Under the pieces are notes generated by a model. That model ran no database searches, was not told the origin of the DNA, and saw only the letters and a list, made by a program, of their open reading frames with translations. A program made the translations under genes and the position numbers. Of a stretch of DNA of 64,000 bases, positions 60,261 to 64,000 are shown piece by piece. This DNA is from Alphaproteobacteria bacterium (lineage in GTDB: Bacteria; Pseudomonadota; Alphaproteobacteria; UBA828), in NCBI GenBank assembly GCA_965262755.1, contig OZ253557.1, positions 3,296,971 to 3,360,970 of the forward strand, read 5' to 3'. Each line of letters opens with the position of its first letter. The first letter of the stretch is position 1.

Positions 60261-61089
60261 CCAGATAAGATCACGCCGGCTTGTCGGCCTGCTGCTGGCG
60301 GTGCTCTTGGCGCTTCCGCTGGTCTACGGCTGCGGCGAACGCATGACGCCGGAGGAAGCCGCGCTCCCGATCGCCGGAGCCGAGCCGGTGGAGAGCCGCA
60401 GCCCCGACTGGCCGGTACTACCGCGCGAAGGCGGCGAGGATGGCTATGACGATCCCCTGGAGTATATGAACCGCGTCTTCTTCTATATGAACGGCGCGTT
60501 CGACGTTCTCTTCTTCGAGCCGCTCGCGCGGTTCTATCGCGGCATGATGCCGACCGATGCGCGGGTTGCGGTCAGCCGCGCCTACACCAATCTGGCGGAG
60601 CCGGTCGTCGCCGCGAACCATCTGCTGCAGCTCGACGGGCGCCGTGCCGGCACGAGTCTCGGTCGCTTCCTGGTCAACAGCACCGCCGGCGCGGCGGGGC
60701 TCTTCGACGTCGCAACAGATGTGGGGCTCCCGGCCGACGATTCGGACTTCGGCCAGACGCTCCACCATTACGGGATCGACGAAGGCCCCTATCTCGTGCT
60801 GCCATTCTTCGGCCCCACGACGGCGCGCGATGCCGTGGGCTTCGGTGTCGATGGCCTGCTCGATCTGCGGACTTATCTGCTCGACCCGACGCCGCGAGGG
60901 TTGCTCAGTCTTGGCGAGGGGGTGGTGCGCCGCGAGGAGTTGATCGATCCGGTCGACTTCCTGATCGAGCATGCCGTCGATCACTACACGGCGGTCCGTG
61001 CGTGGAACTATCAGGAGCGTCAGCGCGAGCTCACCGGCGGCTGCACCGAGCCGAAATACGTGATCTGCCCCGGCTATTCGCCCGAGTGA
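60241..61089 (+). CDS. mlaA: MlaA/VacJ family lipoprotein
   Basis: Has a lipobox-like LVYGC. Contains DPLE..NR..F..N, NL.EP and FFGP.T.RD. Confidence 0.8.
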   Translation: MILSPPSQIRSRRLVGLLLAVLLALPLVYGCGERMTPEEAALPIAGAEPVESRSPDWPVLPREGGEDGYDDPLEYMNRVFFYMNGAFDVLFFEPLARFYRGMMPTDARVAVSRAYTNLAEPVVAANHLLQLDGRRAGTSLGRFLVNSTAGAAGLFDVATDVGLPADDSDFGQTLHHYGIDEGPYLVLPFFGPTTARDAVGFGVDGLLDLRTYLLDPTPRGLLSLGEGVVRREELIDPVDFLIEHAVDHYTAVRAWNYQERQRELTGGCTEPKYVICPGYSPE

Positions 61090-61116
61090 GGCCGCCGCGC
61101 CGGGCGGTCGGTCTGG

Positions 61117-61782
61117 CTAGAGCGGCCCGTCGCCGCCCGGATAGCAGAACGAGGAACGCGGCGCGTAGAAGCCGAAGGTGACCTCCAGCGGCGTCGCCGG
61201 GCGCAGCGCGTGGCAGGAGTGGTCCGGCGCCAGGAATTCGAGCGAGAGAAGCTCGAAGCCGTCGGCAATCTCGCCCACATAGGCGTAGTTTCCACTCATC
61301 AGGCGGCCATCGACGGAAGTGATGTAACGCAGGTGACCGCGCGCGGTCTCGGCGATACCGGAGCCGACCCGCACCCTGCTGCGAATGATCGCCCGATCGC
61401 CCGCATAGGTGGTCGCGGTCAATTGATCTCCGTCGAGATCGAGCGTCGTGCGGCCGGGTGCCGCCGGCACGCCCCGCATCGCGGCGTAGTCGCGCATCAC
61501 CGGGTTCGAGTTGAGATAGTGGGTCCACCAGCGGCCGGGTGTCCCGTCCTCGAGGTCGAGGCCGGCGAGATCGAGGCCGGCGTAGGTGAGCGAATAGGCG
61601 CCGAAATGGGAGGTCTGCTCGTCGCTGTCCACGACATACTGGTTGATGAAGATGGCCTGGTTCTCGGCCGGCGTTAGTCCGTCCGGCAGCAGGGCCGCCG
61701 CCGCGGCCGGGTCTTCGGGCACCCAGCAGAAGTAGAGCATGCGGCTGTTGACGATCAGCTGCGGTGCGAGCGGTAGTGCCAC
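61117..61782 (-). CDS. hypothetical protein (possibly acetoacetate decarboxylase-like fold)
   Basis: 221 aa with good GC3 bias. The family guess is weak. Confidence 0.35.
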   Translation of the reverse strand: MALPLAPQLIVNSRMLYFCWVPEDPAAAAALLPDGLTPAENQAIFINQYVVDSDEQTSHFGAYSLTYAGLDLAGLDLEDGTPGRWWTHYLNSNPVMRDYAAMRGVPAAPGRTTLDLDGDQLTATTYAGDRAIIRSRVRVGSGIAETARGHLRYITSVDGRLMSGNYAYVGEIADGFELLSLEFLAPDHSCHALRPATPLEVTFGFYAPRSSFCYPGGDGPL

Positions 61783-61862
61783 GTCCCTGTCTCCTTCTCA
61801 GGCCACGCGGGCGGCGACGGTCTTGCGACCCGCCGCCCGTCGGCCAGTCTTCGCGCCCCGTC

Positions 61863-63266
61863 TCAGCCGGCCCACATGTTCTCGCGGACGAGGTCGTTCT
61901 GGGTGGCGATAATGCTTTCCCGCAGCGTCTCGACGAGCGTGTCGATCTGATCGCGGGTGAGCGTCAGGGGTGGTGACAGCACGTTCATGTGCCCGAGCGG
62001 GCGGACCAGAAGGCCGCGGCTCTGGCAATGGCTTGTGATCCGCGAGCCGATCTTGGCATCCGGCTCGAAGATCTCCCTGGTCTCCTTATCCTTCACTGCC
62101 TCGACGCACATCATGAACTTGTTGCCCCGCACGTCGCCGATCAGCGGCAGGGTCAACAGCTCGTTGAGCCGTTCCTCGAAGTAGGGGCCGACCTCGCGCA
62201 CATGGCCGCACAGGTCCTCGCGCTCCATGATCTCGATGTTCTTGAGGCCGGCGGCGCAGGAGACCGGGTGCCCGGCATAGGTGAAGCCGTGGGTGAAGAG
62301 CGCGCCTTCGGACTGCGGCACGCTGATCACCTCGTAGATCGCATCGGAGAAGAGCGTCGCCGAGTGCGGGATATAGCCCGAGGTGAGCCCCTTGGCCGAG
62401 GTGATGATGTCGGGGGTGAAATTGAACACCGGCTCGGACGCGAAGAAGTGTCCGAGGCGCCCGAAGCCGGTCACCACCTCGTCGGAGATGTAGAGCACCT
62501 CGTACTTCTCGCACACCGCCTTGGTGCGGGCGTGGTAGCCGGGCGGGGGCACGATCACCCCGCCGCCGCCCATGATCGGCTCGGCGATGAAGCAGGCGAC
62601 GTTCTCCGGCCCGAGCTCGAGAATCTTGTTCTCGAGATCGGCGACCTTCTCGTCGCAGAACTCCTCGACACTCATACCCTCAGGGCGCCGATAGGTGTGG
62701 GGTGCCGGGATGTGATGCACCAGATCGGGCGCGAGGTCGAAGCCGACATGGTTGGCCTTCACCCCGGTCATGGTCATCGCGAGATAGGTCGAGCCGTGGT
62801 AGGCGTCGATGCGCGAGATGATCTTCTTCTTGTTCGGCTTGCCGAGACGGTTGAAATAGAAGTGGATGACGCGGATGGCGGTGTCGTTCGCCATCGACCC
62901 GCCGGTTCCATAGAACACGTGGTTGATCGAAGCGGGCGCGATCTCGGCGAGCTTCGCTGCAAGCTCCGCCGCCGGCGGCGTGGTCAGGTGCGTGAAGGTC
63001 GAATAGTAGGGGATGCGGCGCACCTGATCGGCGATCGCCTGGGCCATCTCGTCCCGGCCATAGCCGATGTTCACGCACCACAGCCCGCCGATGCCGTCCA
63101 TGTAGCGCTCGCCTTTGGCGTTATAGACATAGACGCCCTCGGCTTCGGCCATGACTTCGGAGCCTTCCTCCTTGAAGGTCGCGAAATCGGTCCAGGGGTG
63201 GATGTTGTGATCGCGGTCCTTCTGCCGAAGGTCGTCGTTGTCGTACTGAGTGAAATTCGACCTCAT
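61863..63266 (-). CDS. class III (omega) aminotransferase
   Basis: 467 aa. Contains GGLWCVNIGYGR and DEV(V)TGFGR. Confidence 0.85.
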   Translation of the reverse strand: MRSNFTQYDNDDLRQKDRDHNIHPWTDFATFKEEGSEVMAEAEGVYVYNAKGERYMDGIGGLWCVNIGYGRDEMAQAIADQVRRIPYYSTFTHLTTPPAAELAAKLAEIAPASINHVFYGTGGSMANDTAIRVIHFYFNRLGKPNKKKIISRIDAYHGSTYLAMTMTGVKANHVGFDLAPDLVHHIPAPHTYRRPEGMSVEEFCDEKVADLENKILELGPENVACFIAEPIMGGGGVIVPPPGYHARTKAVCEKYEVLYISDEVVTGFGRLGHFFASEPVFNFTPDIITSAKGLTSGYIPHSATLFSDAIYEVISVPQSEGALFTHGFTYAGHPVSCAAGLKNIEIMEREDLCGHVREVGPYFEERLNELLTLPLIGDVRGNKFMMCVEAVKDKETREIFEPDAKIGSRITSHCQSRGLLVRPLGHMNVLSPPLTLTRDQIDTLVETLRESIIATQNDLVRENMWAG

Positions 63267-63435
63267 CGCGCTCTCCTATGGCTCCACGTGGCACCGGGAA
63301 CTCGTGGAACGAGAGCCTATCGCGACCGGCGCGCCACGTCGAACCGAGATTAGAGCGCGCGAGCCCGTGGTCCGCGTGGCAGCTGTCCGGCATACTGCCC
63401 GCCTCGCGGAGCAAGGGGCTGGGGAGGCGCATGAC

Positions 63436-64000
63436 ATGCTGGTCGTTTGGGGCCGAAAGAACTCGATCAACGTGCAGAAGGTGATGTGGTGCGTGGGCGA
63501 GCTCGGCCTTGCGCACGAGCGGAAGGACGTGGGCGGCCCCTTCGGCGGGCTCGATACGGCGGAGTACGGCGCGCTCAACCCCAACCGACGGGTGCCGACG
63601 ATCGTGGACGGGGACGGCACCACGATCTGGGAATCCAACGCCATCGTCCGCTACATCGCCGCACGCTACGGCGCCGGCAGCCTTTGGCCCGAAGACGCCT
63701 CGGCCCGCGCACGCGCCGACCTCTGGCTCGACTGGATGCAGACCACGCTCTTGCCCAACCTCGCGCCGGTCTTTCTCGGGCTCATCCGCACGCCGGCAGA
63801 AGAGCGCGACATGGCGAAGATCGAGCGCTGCGCCCGCGCCATGGGCGAATCGTGGCGCCTCCTCGATGCGCACATGGAGGGGCGCCGCTTCGTCGCGGCC
63901 GACGATCTCACCATGGGCGACATCGCCGTCGGTGCCGCCTGCTATCGCTACCATGCGCTGGACATCGAGCACCCGGCGCTCCCCAACGTTGCGGTTTGGT
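63436..64000 (+). CDS. glutathione S-transferase (3' end outside window)
   Basis: Not in the ORF track because it has no stop in the window. Translation reads MLVVWGRKNSINVQKVMWCVGELGL...RRVPTIVDGDGTTIWESNAIVRYIA. Confidence 0.8.
   Translation, partial: MLVVWGRKNSINVQKVMWCVGELGLAHERKDVGGPFGGLDTAEYGALNPNRRVPTIVDGDGTTIWESNAIVRYIAARYGAGSLWPEDASARARADLWLDWMQTTLLPNLAPVFLGLIRTPAEERDMAKIERCARAMGESWRLLDAHMEGRRFVAADDLTMGDIAVGAACYRYHALDIEHPALPNVAVW

Overview
High-GC (about 65-70%) alphaproteobacterium-like chromosomal window. About 45 kb is ordinary housekeeping or metabolic DNA. This includes an unusually complete pyrimidine locus (pyrB-pyrC-pyrD / pyrF / pyrE), a hydantoinase/oxoprolinase cluster with a tandemly duplicated B subunit plus a racemase, xerC/D-type recombinase, tal, priA, pcm-rhodanese-TolC, the atpHAGDC operon, rppH, ctpA, folK, smpB, dapA, slt, mlaA, an aminotransferase and a GST. 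The accessory part is about 14 kb (29.3-43.7 kb). It is the late (head-scaffold to tail-fibre) half of a Mu-like-head / lambda-like-tail-tip siphovirus prophage. It lacks terminase, portal, transposase/integrase, lysis and regulatory genes. It carries at least three single-nucleotide frame disruptions (scaffold/protease, scaffold-capsid junction, J-like tip protein), so I read it as a decaying remnant, not an active phage or GTA. A small low-GC islet (12.4-13.7 kb) carries a PIN toxin with an atypically large upstream partner. The most interesting signals are listed here. (1) A structured GC-rich intergenic repeat family (three hairpins plus an invariant tail of about 40 nt) has four same-orientation copies, three inside the prophage and one in the hydantoinase cluster. 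(2) An FMN-dependent alpha-hydroxy-acid dehydrogenase is fused in frame to a DUF1674/SDHAF4-type C-terminal module. (3) A MalK-like ABC ATPase has every catalytic motif degenerated. (4) Perfect 27-bp in-frame tandem repeats occur in two phage genes. (5) A 10-bp-phased AATCCC array sits at the right prophage boundary. No rRNA, tRNA or CRISPR array was seen. All family assignments come from motif recognition by eye, because no searches could be run. I did not find a clear multi-gene novel system, and the candidates above are leads only.
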